The notes: generated by a model not told the origin, from the sequence alone. A stretch of 64,000 nucleotides of DNA from Podarcis pityusensis (GCA_964106645.2 OZ067048.1), one strand, 5' to 3'; shown: positions 13,276 through 27,270, counted from the first letter of the stretch. A program made the numbers and translations.

Positions 13276-13700
13276 TCAAAATTGCTTCTGAAAATTGCTT
13301 CTGTAACTTTCCAACGCATCATCTTGATAAGTCACCTTCTGCACCAAATTATCTTTAAAGTTGCATTACAGCACAGCAAATCAAAAAGGATAGCTGTAGT
13401 TAATGGATGATCATGTTATACTATTTTCATACATATGCTTAGCAGTTTTGCCTGTTTTAAATCCAAGGGCTGAGAGAATACGCAGGAAGGGTCCTTGAAA
13501 TTGCAAGGCTGTATCTGTACAGATGCATATAAAGTGTTTGCATGATGTTATTGCTTCTATAATCTCTTTAAGGTTGCATTTTTATTTTCTGTGTTCAGAA
13601 AGTTTAGGAATAAGGAAGTTATTCTGTGTACAATCCAGACAAATGTTTAACGTGACTTTAGGGTTATGGTACGAATTTATCTTCCACATGTTTATTGCAG

Positions 13701-13858
13701 TCATCCTGTTCCTCCCAAGAGAAGTTGCACCAGTTACCATACCAACCAACTCCAGACGAACTACATTTTTTGTCTAAACATTTCTGTGCCACTGAAAGCA
13801 TTGCCAGTGATAATAGATGTAGGACCACTCAAATGCGGCCACGATCCAGGAGCCTGAG
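13701..13858 (+). CDS. MAST4: MAST4 exon 4 [28 protein letters not shown]...RPRSRSL
   Basis: ttattgcag acceptor, AG|gtgggt donor; 158 nt. Confidence 0.95.
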
Positions 13859-15969
13859 GTGGGTTGACCTGCCAGGAAATTGAAATGATACCTTCATGTG
13901 GAAACTCATGAGAAACTATACTTTTTATGCACGTTACTATAACATTGTTTTATATTTTGTTACCTTGTTTAAAAGCATTTCTAAATCTCTTAATATTTTG
14001 GGCATTCTTCATGAATGTAAAACATGAAAAAAGTAAAGCAATACAATAAATACGGAGATTCAAAATATACAACAGGGTCCAAAATTGTGTGTCAGGGAAA
14101 GTCTGGATAAAACAGTATGGTTTTTTTGTTGTGCTTGTACTAATGTTTGAATTGCAGTAAAATATAGAGCTAATTGTGTCTTATGCTTTTTTAAAAAATG
14201 CACATTAGTTTTCAAATGGTCTTCCACTAGCCTTGCCCTTAGAAATGTAAAATCATGACCTTCACAGTTAAGTTTATAATTTTCATTTCAGTTGCTTCCT
14301 AGCTTAATAATCTTTGCAATGTTCTCAGTATATCTATTGAAATGATTGAAAATGTGCTGCGTGACAACATAAATTATTCAGAATTCCTACCATCACAAAA
14401 AAGTATTTAGTTTAAATTTCTTCCTCTCCCAAAGTTCTGAGTACATTGTGGTGATTAATAAAAAAGCTACATTCACAATCTGCAGAGAATTAGACTACTT
14501 GTTGAGAAACCAAATTATAGGGTGATAGGTTTGCTCTTTTCAAGAGTTTGAAGTTCTCTTGTTCTCAGTAGAGGTGAAGCTTGTCAACAAAGAGAAAGAA
14601 ATATAGGTGATCTTTTCATTTGTTCAGAACTAAATCAAAATATTTAAGGCATTAGTTTAATATAAAACTAGTGTCTCCAGAAACTACAACTTGCAGAGAT
14701 TTCCTGCCATAGCTCCATAGATTGAAATGTTACATTCTTCTGATTCCCAGTTATCTGAGAAGGATAATTTTTATTCTGAACTGTGTTGCATGTATCCTGG
14801 AGGCTGTGGTCACTCTAGATTTAATGAAACAGCAGCTCCATATGAAAAAACAGTGAGTTGTAGTGTTAGTGTCAGCGTAAACAAGTCAGTCTAATGTACA
14901 TATGCACTTTGCTCCTCTTGTACTACCCCCACTCCTTAATTTCCCTTAGCCATGTAGAGGCTTGAGAGGGGACAAAATGCAATAAGCAAATAGATTCTGG
15001 ATGAAGTAGAAGGAGGACAGTAGCTGGTAGAACCTGTCTAGAGTGACATAGCTGGGGTGCAAGAGTCACAACTGGGTCCTGTTATTCAGAGGTCAGTAGG
15101 CTCTGTTGCATAAAATGGAATTCTCCAATAGTCAACATGTATACTTATCCTGAAATTCTGTGTCTTTTGCACAGTCCCCCCCCACCCCCAATGAAAATGC
15201 ATTGCAACTACATTACATTATATTTCATTATATTACATTACATCTTACAGAATTTGGCCACAGGCCTAACAAAACAGAGCAGAGATTCTACTTTAAAGAT
15301 AGTTGATGAGGATTTAGTGATATGTGTGTATTAGAACCTGTTTTCCCAGTTCATGTAAACCTGCTTTATATAGTTTTAGAACCCGCAGAAATTATTTTGA
15401 TACAAGGGGCATATCAGGTGCCTAGCCTTAGGAAATACATACACGCTCGTTCTTCGTTTCTTATAAAGTAGGAAAGGTGGAAGCAGCCTTTTGCATCTGC
15501 AGTATTTAGGAATGAGTTCAAAAATATTGTGCCCCTCAGACTAGCAAATGCATCATTAATTAAGTTAGTCTTAAAATGTCACAAAGACACTGCTGCAGCA
15601 AACTAACATGCCTACACCTTTGGAAACGAGGCGTGGACTGACTCCCAGCTCTTGAAAACATTGTTTTTATCAGTTGACAAAAAAGCATGTTCAGAGGTCA
15701 AGCTGGCTGACATGGCAAGGTACAGGGGACAGGATAGAAAACCAGGTTGCAGGGTTGACTAGAATGGAGTATTGCAGAGGAAGGCATGGCATACAGACTG
15801 GAACAGTGACTAAGACCTCTTCATTCTGCCACATTTTGTTGCAGTCCCACTTGTCCTGTAGTAATAATAATACTGACTGCCTACAGAAGAGAGTACATAA
15901 ATTATAGACCTCATTTTCAGTTCATTCAGTACAAGATCCAAGGGATGATTGGCTTTGCTTTACTTGCAG

Positions 15970-16045
15970 CCCTGGACGTTCTCCTGCCTGCTGTGACCAT
16001 GAAATCATTATGATGAACCATGTATACAAAGAAAGATTCCCAAAG
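15970..16045 (+). CDS. MAST4: MAST4 exon 5 [25 protein letters not shown]
   Basis: tacttgcag acceptor, AAG|gtaaag donor; 76 nt. Confidence 0.95.
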
Positions 16046-17427
16046 GTAAAGATGAATATTCACTGCATTCTAAAGCTGACTTGATAAGAAATCTGTGTTC
16101 TAAAAAAAGGTGTTCTGTTATATTTGGTATATCAGATTAATTTAAGCCAAAAATGCTATCATAAAGCAACAATATTCTTTAAAATATTTGTCAGCTGATC
16201 TGCAGCTGATCTGTCTCAGAAACAATCATGCCAAAGTTGCATTATAGTTCTCGTCGCTTTCCAAAAAGCTTTGGTTTTATGGTAACAGTTACACAGGGTA
16301 CATAACTTTCTAGAAGGTTCTTTGGCAGTGTAAGATGCAATGACAGGACACACAGCCCAGATAATTCCTTGCAAATACATGGAATCCTGGTGGAAGCAGC
16401 ATGTATAACTTTGTGGAAACAACTTTTGCAAGTGTGTGCTTTAGAAATATATGTTTATTTTTAGTGTAGATATTATTAGTATTGAATTATCAGAGTAACA
16501 GGGTTTTTTTGATTGCTGTACAATTATGAAATGGAATTCCTCTAGCATTCAGGAAGACCCATGTCTTAAATTTAAAAAGGAGGTTTTAAAAACCCGTCTT
16601 TTCTCAAAACATTTGATTTGTGCATTGGTGAGTTAACTGCATTTAACTGGAGTATGGTTGTTACTGCTTTATGCTAGTGGTTTTAATGTTGTTTGTTTCG
16701 CTGACTTGACTATGTGCTTTAAAAGGTTTTATAATGTACTACAGTCCATTTTGTGGAGGATTTCCTCTAAAGAGAGTATAAATCTCTTAAATAAATGCCA
16801 GGTCGTTTGAAAGAGGGATACAATTTTACCTCTTTCTACAGCCCAGTTGGCACACCACATTAAACCATAGTTTAAAAGAAGCTGATTTGATGTGAATGAG
16901 CAGTGTGCTGTTGTATGCTGGTCAAAAGTTTGCAGGATACTCTTTCCCCACTCCTTCTGCACTGTAGCTAAAACAAGCTAAAGTGGTTACTTCTGGTGAT
17001 TTGTTTGGAGGAAACAAACCACAAGCTCCTGCTTTGGACTACATGACAAGCCAGACTCTGGCTGGTTTTGCCCTCTGTGTGGTAGCAGCACAAACAGGAG
17101 AGGAGTGCCACAAGAAATTTGAGTAATGTGCACAAGCACATTGCTTGTTCACATTAAACCATAGATGGTTTTAAACTATGTTTTCCTGTAATGTGAAAGC
17201 CAAGCTAGTATGTATGGCCTATATGATCACCATCTGTGGCCTTTTTAGAAATGGGCAGGATATATATTTAAATAAATTTATTAAAGATTTCCTTTGGTTA
17301 CAAAAGTACATGCATTGTCTCTTTTTGATTCATTTCTTTATTCTCCTATGTGAAGGTTGTTGCCTGGTTGGTTGGTTGGTTGTAACTTGCTTTGAGTTGC
17401 CCTGGGCAAGATAAAGCAACTATCCAG

Positions 17428-17463
<36 letters not shown>
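17428..17463 (+). repeat. (TCAA)9 microsatellite
   Basis: Read directly. Confidence 0.95.
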
Positions 17464-17573
17464 GTAAGTTTACAGGTTCAGTAAACTTCTATTTTGTCTT
17501 GCAGGGATTTTAATTTAAATCTTAAGTATGTTTAATAGCTTCTTGATTAAACCCATAAAACTTATTTTGATAG

Positions 17574-17783
17574 GCTACTGCTCAGATGGAAGAGCGACTT
17601 CAGGAGATTATCACCAACCACTCTCCTGATAACGTCCTTCCCTTGGCAGATGGAGTTCTCAGTTTCACCCACCACCAGATCATTGAGCTGGCTCGTGATT
17701 GCTTGGATAAATCTCATCAGGGCCTCATCACCTCACGATACTTCTTTGAGTTACAGCACAAATTGGATAAGCTCCTACAAGAG
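17574..17783 (+). CDS. MAST4: MAST4 exon 6 [10 protein letters not shown]...KLDKLLQE (DUF1908 helical bundle)
   Basis: ttttgatag acceptor, GAG|gtatga donor; 210 nt. Confidence 0.96.
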
Positions 17784-18550
17784 GTATGAACCACATAAAT
17801 ATGGTTTAGAAATTGCTGAGTTATGTTAGTTGAAGAAAATGCAGCTCTGGAGATAGTTATGGCAACTGACCTATAAAAATAAATACATAAGACATGTACA
17901 GCTCTTTAACTCGGTCTGGTCAGTTCAGTGACCTTCGCGGTTGTCTAAGGGACCTTAAAGCATATGACTCTATATAATTGGTTTATGAAGTATCTGAAAG
18001 CTAGCTTATTTTATCCTAGAATGTAACTTAGGCAGTACCTCTGTGCCTCAGATGAAATAGTCTTATACTCTCCTCTGTTGTAGACAAAAGGAATATTATA
18101 TCCAAGTTTAATTTTGTCCAGTCTAATAATTTTCGCTAATTTTATCCAATCTAGTAATAATTGTGTGGTTAAGGAAAAGCTATACAAAAGAATGTGAATG
18201 TGAAATTCATTAGATTTGCAGAAGGCATTGATAATCTGCATTACATATACCAAGCCCTTCCACCAGCCAGATTTCCTCTTAGTATATTTCACCCTTTCTC
18301 CTTTGGTAAGAAAGCCTCCTCCATCCACCATGTTGGCAAGGTGGCTCAAAGTGTATAATTGTATCATTCATTTGCCTCCACCCATCAAGAGTTTTGCTCA
18401 TTCAGCAAGAGCAGCAGCATTTTCCTTAAATGTGCCTCTGCAGAAAGTCAATCAGTTGGCTACATGGGTTAGTCCCAGTATCTTTTTAAGCCTTATAAGG
18501 TAGATTTTTATGCTTTGGCCAAGACAGCATTCATGATACATGTCTTATAG

Positions 18551-18852
18551 CAGGGGTCAGCAAAGTATTTGTGGCTTGGGCTGGTTCTCGGTCCCGCAGA
18601 TGCTGTGGTGGGCTGAAGTGTGTGCACACGCACACGCAAACACTACTTCCTGTGCTCCTTCTGGTGCGGAGGAGGCGTTCGCAGCTTCCCATTGGCTGCA
18701 GGAGCTTCCTGCAGTCAATGGGAAGCTGGCTAGCATTGCGGAAGGTGGTCCCTGCTCTGTTCCGCGCTGTTTAGTGTGGCACACGGGAGCCGACCGAGCG
18801 GGTGGCGGGGGTCCATGGGCCGGTTAAACAACCCCCATGGGCCACTTGTAGC
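18551..18852 (+). mobile_element. GC-rich hAT-type non-autonomous element, right end lost
   Basis: Starts CAGGGGTCAGCAAA (hAT-type TIR); GC-rich body; no matching right TIR found. Confidence 0.6.
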
Positions 18853-21088
18853 ATGTTCTCCTAGTTCAGAAGGCAGACCTCCATTTTAAAATTATTTTCC
18901 CCACTTTGCCTTGCATGAATCAGCTTAGATATATCACACCTGATGCCATTTACATGCTTGAGGGAAGAGACCATTGGTCCTTATCTGTGAATTTGTTTAC
19001 TGTATCATTGAACATTTTGATGAAGGCAAAATTATTACATGTAGTTTAAAGGTATCACAGAACTGGGTATGCCATCTGTCCAAGTACAATGTGAAATAAT
19101 ATTTCTGAATTGTCCATGGTCAAGTGCTATTAAAATGTTAGCAATATGCTGGAGTTTTTAAGTACATTTTGGGATTTTAAAAAAAGACTTGGGTTTGCAC
19201 GATGTTTGGTAAAATTAAATTATTGATAAGATAATTGATTCCAAAGTACACTTTTAAACAGTATCTTTGAGCTCAAACTGAGCTTTTATGGTTTTTATTT
19301 AGGTGTCCTTTATTCCCAAGTATGAAAACTCCCATTTTTGCTACCTTTATAGTGTTCATTTCAACATAAATCCTTGCAGGAATGCCTGCTGTTTGCTGGA
19401 ACTAAATTGTGGGAACACACTTTGGGTTTCTGATGATGCAATTGTTGTCAGTTCCCAGCTGTGACATTCAGTGGATAGCTGTGTCTCCTGCTGCTTGGCA
19501 CATTGTTATTGCTTTGCATGGCTAAGGGAAGTCACAAGGCATCTGAGCAGCTTGATTTAGCTGACATATTTGTATTAAGGTCAAGGTCAATTTGAGTTTA
19601 ATGTTTTCTTGGAGCAACCTCCTTTTACTTTCCTGGGATCTTTTTGTCCACAAGCTCACCTAGTATTGCAGGTTTAAGCATCTGATACAAATAGTAATGC
19701 ATTCAGCATACTAATGTTTGCCAGACTGGAATAGTGAAAATCATTTCTCCCGTTTTGTTTCTTCTCTCAAATTTGCCATACAATAAAATGCAGTAATCTA
19801 TAGATACTGCCTTTAAACTACTAGGTGTTTAAAAAACCTATCCTGAACTTAATTTATCATATTGTTTTAATTAAGAGTTAACATGTATGGGATTTTAACT
19901 CACAAGTAAAAAAATATTTTGAAAAGTAAGTCTCTAGTAATGCAATCAACCATCTAACTTGGATTGATTCAGGTTCACACTCGTGGATATCTACGAGTAC
20001 ACTGGAGAATAAGTTGTGAATGTAATTTGAACTTTATCCTGCAGCTTCTATTATTCAGACAAAGAAGTGCCTTTTTTGCGATATGAACAAAGGAGCATCA
20101 ATATCCTTCAGACAGGAGAAGCAACATATGGCTTCTTTGCATTCATTAGGTCTCTGGAAGTCTATTCTTTGTTACTAGACAAAACAAAGTTTGAAAGAAA
20201 TTTGGACTGCAGTACAAAACCTCTTCCAATTTCTTTCCCAAGCTTTTTCTTTCTTCAAAAAAGTGCTCTTTTTGTTCCCATTCTTTCACATTATACTTTG
20301 AATTTCTTTTCTGATCATCTACTGAATTTGCCATCCCAGTAATTCTGCTTAGATTACTCACCTGCTATTTTTCCCCATGTACATTTTATTTGCTGCTGCT
20401 TCCACAGATAGAGGTAAAATGTTTACTCCTAAGGCAGATGATTGCACAGCTCAGATCTAAGGAAATTTGCTCTCATCCAGCAGTGGCAGTCCATGTGCAG
20501 AAGCAAGATTCCATCCATAGATTGCTTTGCTAAACATAATCTGTAAGCACATAAACATACAGTGTTGGGGTTTTTTTTAATAAAAAAAATCTTGAATCCA
20601 GCACCTATGTTATTCCAGCAGTGATTCTTAATGAACTGAGTTCATATTTCTACCACATGTATACAGTTGGACAGATGTTCACCCTGAGATGCACATAGCA
20701 AAGGCAAGATTCAAATGTAAGAACTAACTAGTTTGTACTGTCAGTCCTGACATTACAGTTCATTGTTTGGGGTGGTAGGGGGCACTGGTGCCTGCATTAA
20801 TATGGTTTGGAGTTAGCTGAGCTACCAAACAGTTAACATTGATTTAGCTATATGACTTACCTATAAATGTTATCCTTGTTTTTTCAGTAAATCCAGAGCA
20901 ATTTACGATAACATTCAAAACAAAATTAAAGAAGAACTCCTCACAAAACCATTTCCTTACAAGCCCTCTTAAAACTAATCTGCCAGATATGTGTACCAAC
21001 TATGGGTTTCCTTCTACAGCATGACTATTTTACTAAGCTTTCTCTTGCACTTGCACTAAGAAGCTCCCCTTACATAGGAGATGGATGG

Positions 21089-21145
<57 letters not shown>

Positions 21146-21148
21146 GAC
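21089..21148 (+). repeat. Compound (CA)n(GA)n microsatellite
   Basis: Read directly. Confidence 0.95.
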
Positions 21149-21346
21149 AGGTTGTGCATTTAACAACAGAGGTATTGGTATTACTTGTGTCAACATGGTG
21201 GCTATGTTGAGATGGTAACCCATGTGACTGTAGAAATGATTGTGCTGGAAGAATATACAGTTCATTTCACTGTATTACGTTTGATTTGTCATATTAATTC
21301 TTTCTCTATGTCCGTATATAACATCAAGTCTCTTTTTCTTTATCAG

Positions 21347-21448
21347 GCCCAAGAACGATCAGAAAGCGGAGAACTGGCATTTATTAAGCAGCTCGTCCGA
21401 AAGATTCTTATTGTCATAGCACGTCCTGCTCGCTTACTGGAATGTTTG
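21347..21448 (+). CDS. MAST4: MAST4 exon 7 [34 protein letters not shown]
   Basis: ctttatcag acceptor, TTG|gtaaga donor; 102 nt. Confidence 0.96.
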
Positions 21449-23553
21449 GTAAGATTATGCTTATTTTAATCAGTTGGGTTGCCATTGAAGGTCAGTGGAA
21501 GGGCTCCAATGAATGAGTGCTTTTCATTCAATATTGTTGCTTTTAGTACATTTTTAGTATTCCCCCCCCCCAAAAAAAACCACAATGAATTGCAGTCTTA
21601 GATTGGGATGCTGTGTAAGCATTCAATAGTGGTGAAATTGTTTTTTATTTGCCTTTCTTGATCTCTGGGAGCAAGTGAGTGAAAGCTAGGAAAATAGAAT
21701 GCAAATGTTTGAACCATGTGGTCTGTGGATTGAATGCATATGTTCTGCTTTATCTACTCTATTGGTTTATTGAAAGATAGTGTTTTGGATGGTAGGTGTG
21801 TAGTGTTTTTACGCCCTTTGTTTATCTTTTGACATTTTCAAAGTTAAGGTTTTATTTCTTCACAAGCGTAGGTTTCTGTGTATTACCTGTATGCCAGAAG
21901 TCCATGCTCTTATATTTTAGATTAATGATTATATATATACCTGTTTGGGAGACACTCTGCAGGTCTCCGTGAAATCAGTTGCTTACCGTGGAAAAAGATT
22001 GCAGCCAGCCTCATATTTTACTAAGCTCCAAGTGGCTTATCACTGCATGTATTCATAGGTGTTTGGGATGAGGGTCATGGTGAGGAAAGCTTATTAGGAG
22101 CGATAGGTGAATTCTCTAGTGGTCTGGTTTGGAATGGGTCCATTTAAATCAGATTATTTTAATGGATGTCTGCTAAATGTCCCAAACAAATACTATATAA
22201 AATTAGATTTGTTCCAAGTTTATTAGGCACGAGTATTTTCCTCACAATGTAATTGGGGATGAAATGGGGCCTAGAGATTACCCTGCCGCACCCATTTATG
22301 TGGGGTGGGGGCAGCAGAAAAAAGGTGTTGCATAACCATTATGGCCTCTTCTAGTAGTGGTAGTAGTGGTTGTTGTTATTTTACAATTTTTATCAAAGTA
22401 ATTCAAACAAAGCAATGCAATAAAAATAATGGAAGTACAAATGCAAATAAACAAAACAAAAAAGCAGTTCAGTATAGCTGGAAGAGACTTAAATCATATG
22501 AGGAAAGGTTACAACGTTTTAGAAAAAGGCAAGTAAGTGGGAGCATGATGGAGGTGTATAAGGAGCAAAGAAATTTTGCATCAGCTGTTAGGTGGCTCTT
22601 GCCCAGTGCACATCAGCGTCAACTGCTGTCACAGATATCCCTTTAAGGAGTCTTGTATGCACTTCCATTTTAGGACTGTCTTCTGTTTTGAAAGAGAGAG
22701 GGAGAGTTGGTTTTGATGAAACAGACTGATAAAAATGGGGAACAATAAATCACTTTCAATACATCAGTTCCATCACAAAATGACTAGCTGGAGGTTTGTG
22801 GGAGAGAGAGAGAGAGAGAGAGAGTGTCTACAGCTGGCTTTGGCACTGAAAGGATTTTGCCTTCCCCATATCAGTAATCAGTCATAGGTGTTAATAGAAC
22901 TTTAACTTGTCACCATGTTTGTTGTGAGCATTGAGGAGAGGCAGGACTGAGGAGGATCGCCATAAGAAGTCTTGCGGGAGTCACACTATGGCCCCAGGTG
23001 GGAGAGCTGCTTTTGGCCACAACATACCCAGGTTGCTCACAGAACCCTCAGAAGGGGCCATAGTGGGCTTAGGAGTCAGAAAACTCCCTGAAGATTTACA
23101 CTCAGGATGGTGACGGGGGCAGCAATGTCAGCCAACAAACAGGTTGCTCACTGTTTGGATCTTTGCAAAATTCTGGCAAGCAGTAATCAATAAAGCTGCC
23201 TTCAATCAGACTATCAATCAGTCATTGCCCCAAACAATAGAACTCGCTGTGCACGGTACCCAAATATATATGAACGGAAACATTTTAATTGCAAAAGGGA
23301 AATAATGTGAAATCTGCTAGAATAAAACTGAAATAAGAGGAATTTGTACACTTTCTAAAGTTTAGATTTTGTTGTTCTTTCCCTTTGATTTCAATGATAA
23401 GCCATTCCACAATGGTTGTGGCAGTGGTGGTGTTTGCAGCGTGTGGGGATGCTATGCATCAAAATTGTTATCATAAGAAAGGCATCTTAATGACTTGCAA
23501 CCAAATTAAGTAAACACAGAAGATCTCTGCAGTGATTTTTCTTTTCTTTTTAG

Positions 23554-23686
23554 GAATTTGATCCTGAGGAATTTTACTATCTTCTTGAAGCTGCTGAAGG
23601 ACATGCAAAAGAGGGACAGGGCATTAAAACTGACATTCCTAGATATATTATCAGTCAACTGGGATTGAATAAGGATCCTTTGGAAG
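23554..23686 (+). CDS. MAST4: MAST4 exon 8 [44 protein letters not shown]
   Basis: ctttttag acceptor, G|gtatga donor; 133 nt. Confidence 0.96.
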
Positions 23687-24349
23687 GTATGAGAATGCCA
23701 TGGACTAATAATAAACAGCTCTTAAATCAAGTTTATTATGTTAGCGGGTTCTACTTTCTTTATCTAGTTTATTTCAATCTTTATAATGATGTACAAACAG
23801 CATGGAATAAAATATCTAATATTTTATCTATCAAGTGTTAGAAAATAGCAAGTTGTTAGGAAGAAAAAGGGAGATAAAGGATAAAGCCAGTTCATTTTTC
23901 ATCTCAGGAGGTGCATTGCTGATAAAGGAAGATACGACTGAGCTTCTCAATGCCTTCCCTCATTAAATGTTTTCATGGTGGAAATTTGTGGTGCGACGTT
24001 TAGTGGTTTTGAGAAAAGCAGGGACAGCTGCAGGTGAGGTCAAGTCACAGGCCAGGATAAACGAAGGATGATGTGAATATAAGTTATGTTAGAGCATATC
24101 AAAACATTCTTGGATAGTCTGGATAATTTTAATATGATTCACTCAGAGAACCAGAAAGAAGTCATTGGGCAAATCTCAATAGTAAAGGGGGTAGCAGCAT
24201 AGATAAAAGTAACGCTTTTGAGATGGGTTTTTGTATGTTAATCTAATTTAAAAGAAAATTTCAAGGCAGTCCAGAGGTATGAAGTAAGTGTGCATAGAAT
24301 TTCAGCCTTACATTTAAGTAAGTGATCACACTCTCTATCCTTGTATTTA

Positions 24350-24738
24350 CCGTATTTTTCGCCCCATAGGACGCACTTTTTCCCCTCCAAAAATGAAGGG
24401 GAAATGTGTGTGTGTCCTATGGGGCGAATGCAGGCTTTTGCTGAAGCCTGGAGAGTGAGAGGGGTTGGTGCTATCAGGAAGCTATCCGCAAGTCTTGCAA
24501 GCCCGGCGGGAGTTCCCGCGGGCTCACAAGGCTTGCGGGCAGCAGCCTGCTGCCCGAAGCACAGGGAGCCCTCCGGAGGTGTCCACAAGCCTTGTGCGCC
24601 CGGCGGGAGGTCCCGCCGGGCGCGCGAGGCTTGGGGCGGCAGCCGCGGCTGGGGGGGGGATTTTTTTTTATTCATTTCCCCCCCAAAAAATGAGGTGCGT
24701 CCTATGGGCCGGTGCGCCCTAGAGGACGAAAAATACGG
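24350..24738. mobile_element. 389-bp Tc1/mariner-superfamily (pogo/Tigger-like) MITE with CpG-rich core
   Basis: TIRs CCGTATTTTTCG / CGAAAAATACGG, TA at both flanks, subterminal repeats ccataggacgcac / gtgcgtcctatgg. Confidence 0.88.
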
Positions 24739-25444
24739 TATATAGAACGAGCCACACAGAAATCGGTCTCTAAGCAGATACAATTCTTCAGAACAAAAGA
24801 CATATAGACTACATGGCCAAAGCTTTTGGATTATGGTCCTAGGTTGCTACTGACTACTTAGTTTTATACCAAAACATTAAATATGGCATGCATTCCTCTC
24901 TAGGAAATGTATTAACCTCCCATGGGAAACAGTTAGGTTAGTCTTCTTGCCTATTTAAATCAGTATAGCAAATTGCCCTAGTTTAAAACAATCCTCTGGT
25001 TGGCACGTGGGGATAGAACATGGAAATACACCACTTATTGACCTTCTTTAGTATTCTTTAGTATTTTTGAAGGATGAGGACAACTTGACTTCCCCGCAAA
25101 AACATGCAATACCTGTTTGCATACAGTTTCTTAAATAATTTATCCATATAGTTAATTTATTGCACGGTTTCATTTCTTCAGGCTAATCAAACAGTGATTT
25201 AAGCCCACTTGCCTTTTTAATGTTCAAACCATATAAAGAAAATTGGACTTTGAATAGGATTGTACTGTAATTATACATGTTACAACAACGTAAGCATGCA
25301 GTGGTGCTTTCTGTTGCATACTTCTGAAACTTATCTAAAGAAACATGCAATCCCACCTGCAGATTTTGAAGCTTGTTAATAATTTCAGTGGTATGTAAAT
25401 TCAGACACATTGAAATAAAAGAAAACATGTTTATGAAACTATAG

Positions 25445-25741
25445 GGGAGACTCTCGTTGCTCTGTCCCAGCTTCTGACAACCTAGCAGTTCAAAAGCATA
25501 CCAGTGCAAATAGATAAATAGGTACCGCTGTGGCGGGAAGGTAAACAGCGTTTCTGTGCACTCTGGTTTCCGTCACGGTGCTCCGTTGCACCAGAAGTGG
25601 TTTAGTCATGCTGGCCGTATGGCCCAGAAAGCTGTCTGTGGACAAACGCTGGCTTCTGAAAGCAAGATGAGCACCACACCCCATAGTCGCCTTTGACTGC
25701 ACTTAACCATCCAGGGGTCCTTTACCTTTACCTTTTACCTT
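25445..25741 (+). mobile_element. 5'-truncated Sauria SINE
   Basis: Same body as 54596-54947; (ACCTTT)n tail. Confidence 0.88.
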
Positions 25742-26679
25742 CATTGTTAGTATCAGCTCAGCTCTAGTTGACTAAGTTTATAAAAACAAGTTTATAACAA
25801 GGATATATTTTCAGTTGTAAGCGAGTGAGCCTCTTAATACGACAGTGAAATTTGTTTTCCAGTAATTGTTCTTAGGATTTCAGCCTTTATGTTTTTCCTC
25901 CTTTTTGTTATAGTTTCTAAAGTATCTTTTCTTCAAGTGAAATGATGCATGCAGTACTTCAAGATAATGCCAGATAACCTATACTGTACTGAAAGCAATA
26001 GCACAACAGATTCATCATTTATTGGAGCCTGGTTGTTGTATTTCAGAAATGTTCCCTGGGGAGAAATGTTTCCCCATGGCTTTTAAATTACCATCTTTAC
26101 CTTTTTGAATCATGAGTCTTTAGAAATGGTTTAAATCAATGGAATAAAAAAGCAGATGTTTAATGGTATTTAGATGAGTTTTAAAAAATGTCTTCAGGCA
26201 TTGCAAAATGGTTCCTTAACTTCCTGCTTCAAAAGCTGACTCGTGGTTTCATTCCATTACTACCTACTGTTTACAAATAATGTGTGTTTCTCAGATAATG
26301 GTTATTTTGCAAAAGTAATGTTTAAAACGGAACCATTTTAATTTTCTTATTTATGAATATAATTTTTGGATTGAGAAGGTTGTCAAAGTACATTAATGGC
26401 TTAGGTCTTGCCAAGCCAAAAAAGCGGATGGGAAAACTCACTCTCAGCAGTTCCATGATAAAATCCCATATTTTCTAACTTACTAGTAAAGCTAATACAA
26501 AGTTTTTGTTGTTGTTGTTGTAGGTGGCCTTAACTTAAACGATAAAACATGTTGGCTTTGATTTAAAAGAAACACCTACATGCATTCTTGACTTGGATTG
26601 TATTAATGATTTTTTTCTGTGTGTTTATGAATTGGTGTTTGCTGTTATGGGATGGTTTCCTTTGTGTTTTATTTTTTAA

Positions 26680-26900
26680 AGCTGATGTGAGGATGGCTAT
26701 ACTTTGCCTCCACCGTTGGAGGCAGCTGAAAACCACAGGAGGGGAGAGTGCTCTTGTGCTCAAATCCGGCTTGTTGATTTCCCACAGGCAACTGTTTAGT
26801 CACTGTGAGAACAGGATGCTGAACTAGATGGACTGTTGACCTGATTCAGCAGGCTCTTTAAGAACATAAGAAGAGCCTGCTGGATCAGGCCAATAGCCCA
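26680..26900. mobile_element. CR1 3' end (+) joined tail-to-tail to a short inverted CR1 3' end (-)
   Basis: caggatgctgaactagatggac...gattcagcaggctctt followed by aagaacataagaagagcctgctggatcagg. Confidence 0.7.
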
Positions 26901-27270
26901 ATATTGACATGTATATACAATGGATTGGATCCTGATATTTGCTCAGTAAAGGTACACTAGTGCTGGACAAATGGGGCAAGGTGGAGATTTTTGCCATTTC
27001 CTCTTTTCCAACCACCTTAAAATTTTATCAGGGAGGTGGCACTACAAAGACATTTTTTAACTCTTACTTTCATTAGCGTGACTTTGTATTCTTAGTTCTT
27101 ACACCAATTTAAATGAAGATGTAGTTGAACTTCTAAAGTGTTATTCCTTAAGTAAATTGTATTTCCCTGTATCAGTTAAAACATTGCACCCTCTGACTTT
27201 TAGCCCATTATTTTAATAAATATTCAAACTGTATTCTTAAAATATAGTATACTTTGTTTTTATATTGTAG

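Noticed and set aside
22920-23265. GC-richer block with AATAAA resembling a solo LTR
   Set aside because: I could not define matching TG...CA termini or a TSD.
24238-24783. Three overlapping ORFs up to 181 aa
   Set aside because: They lie over a GC-rich MITE where stop codons are rare; no recognisable protein.
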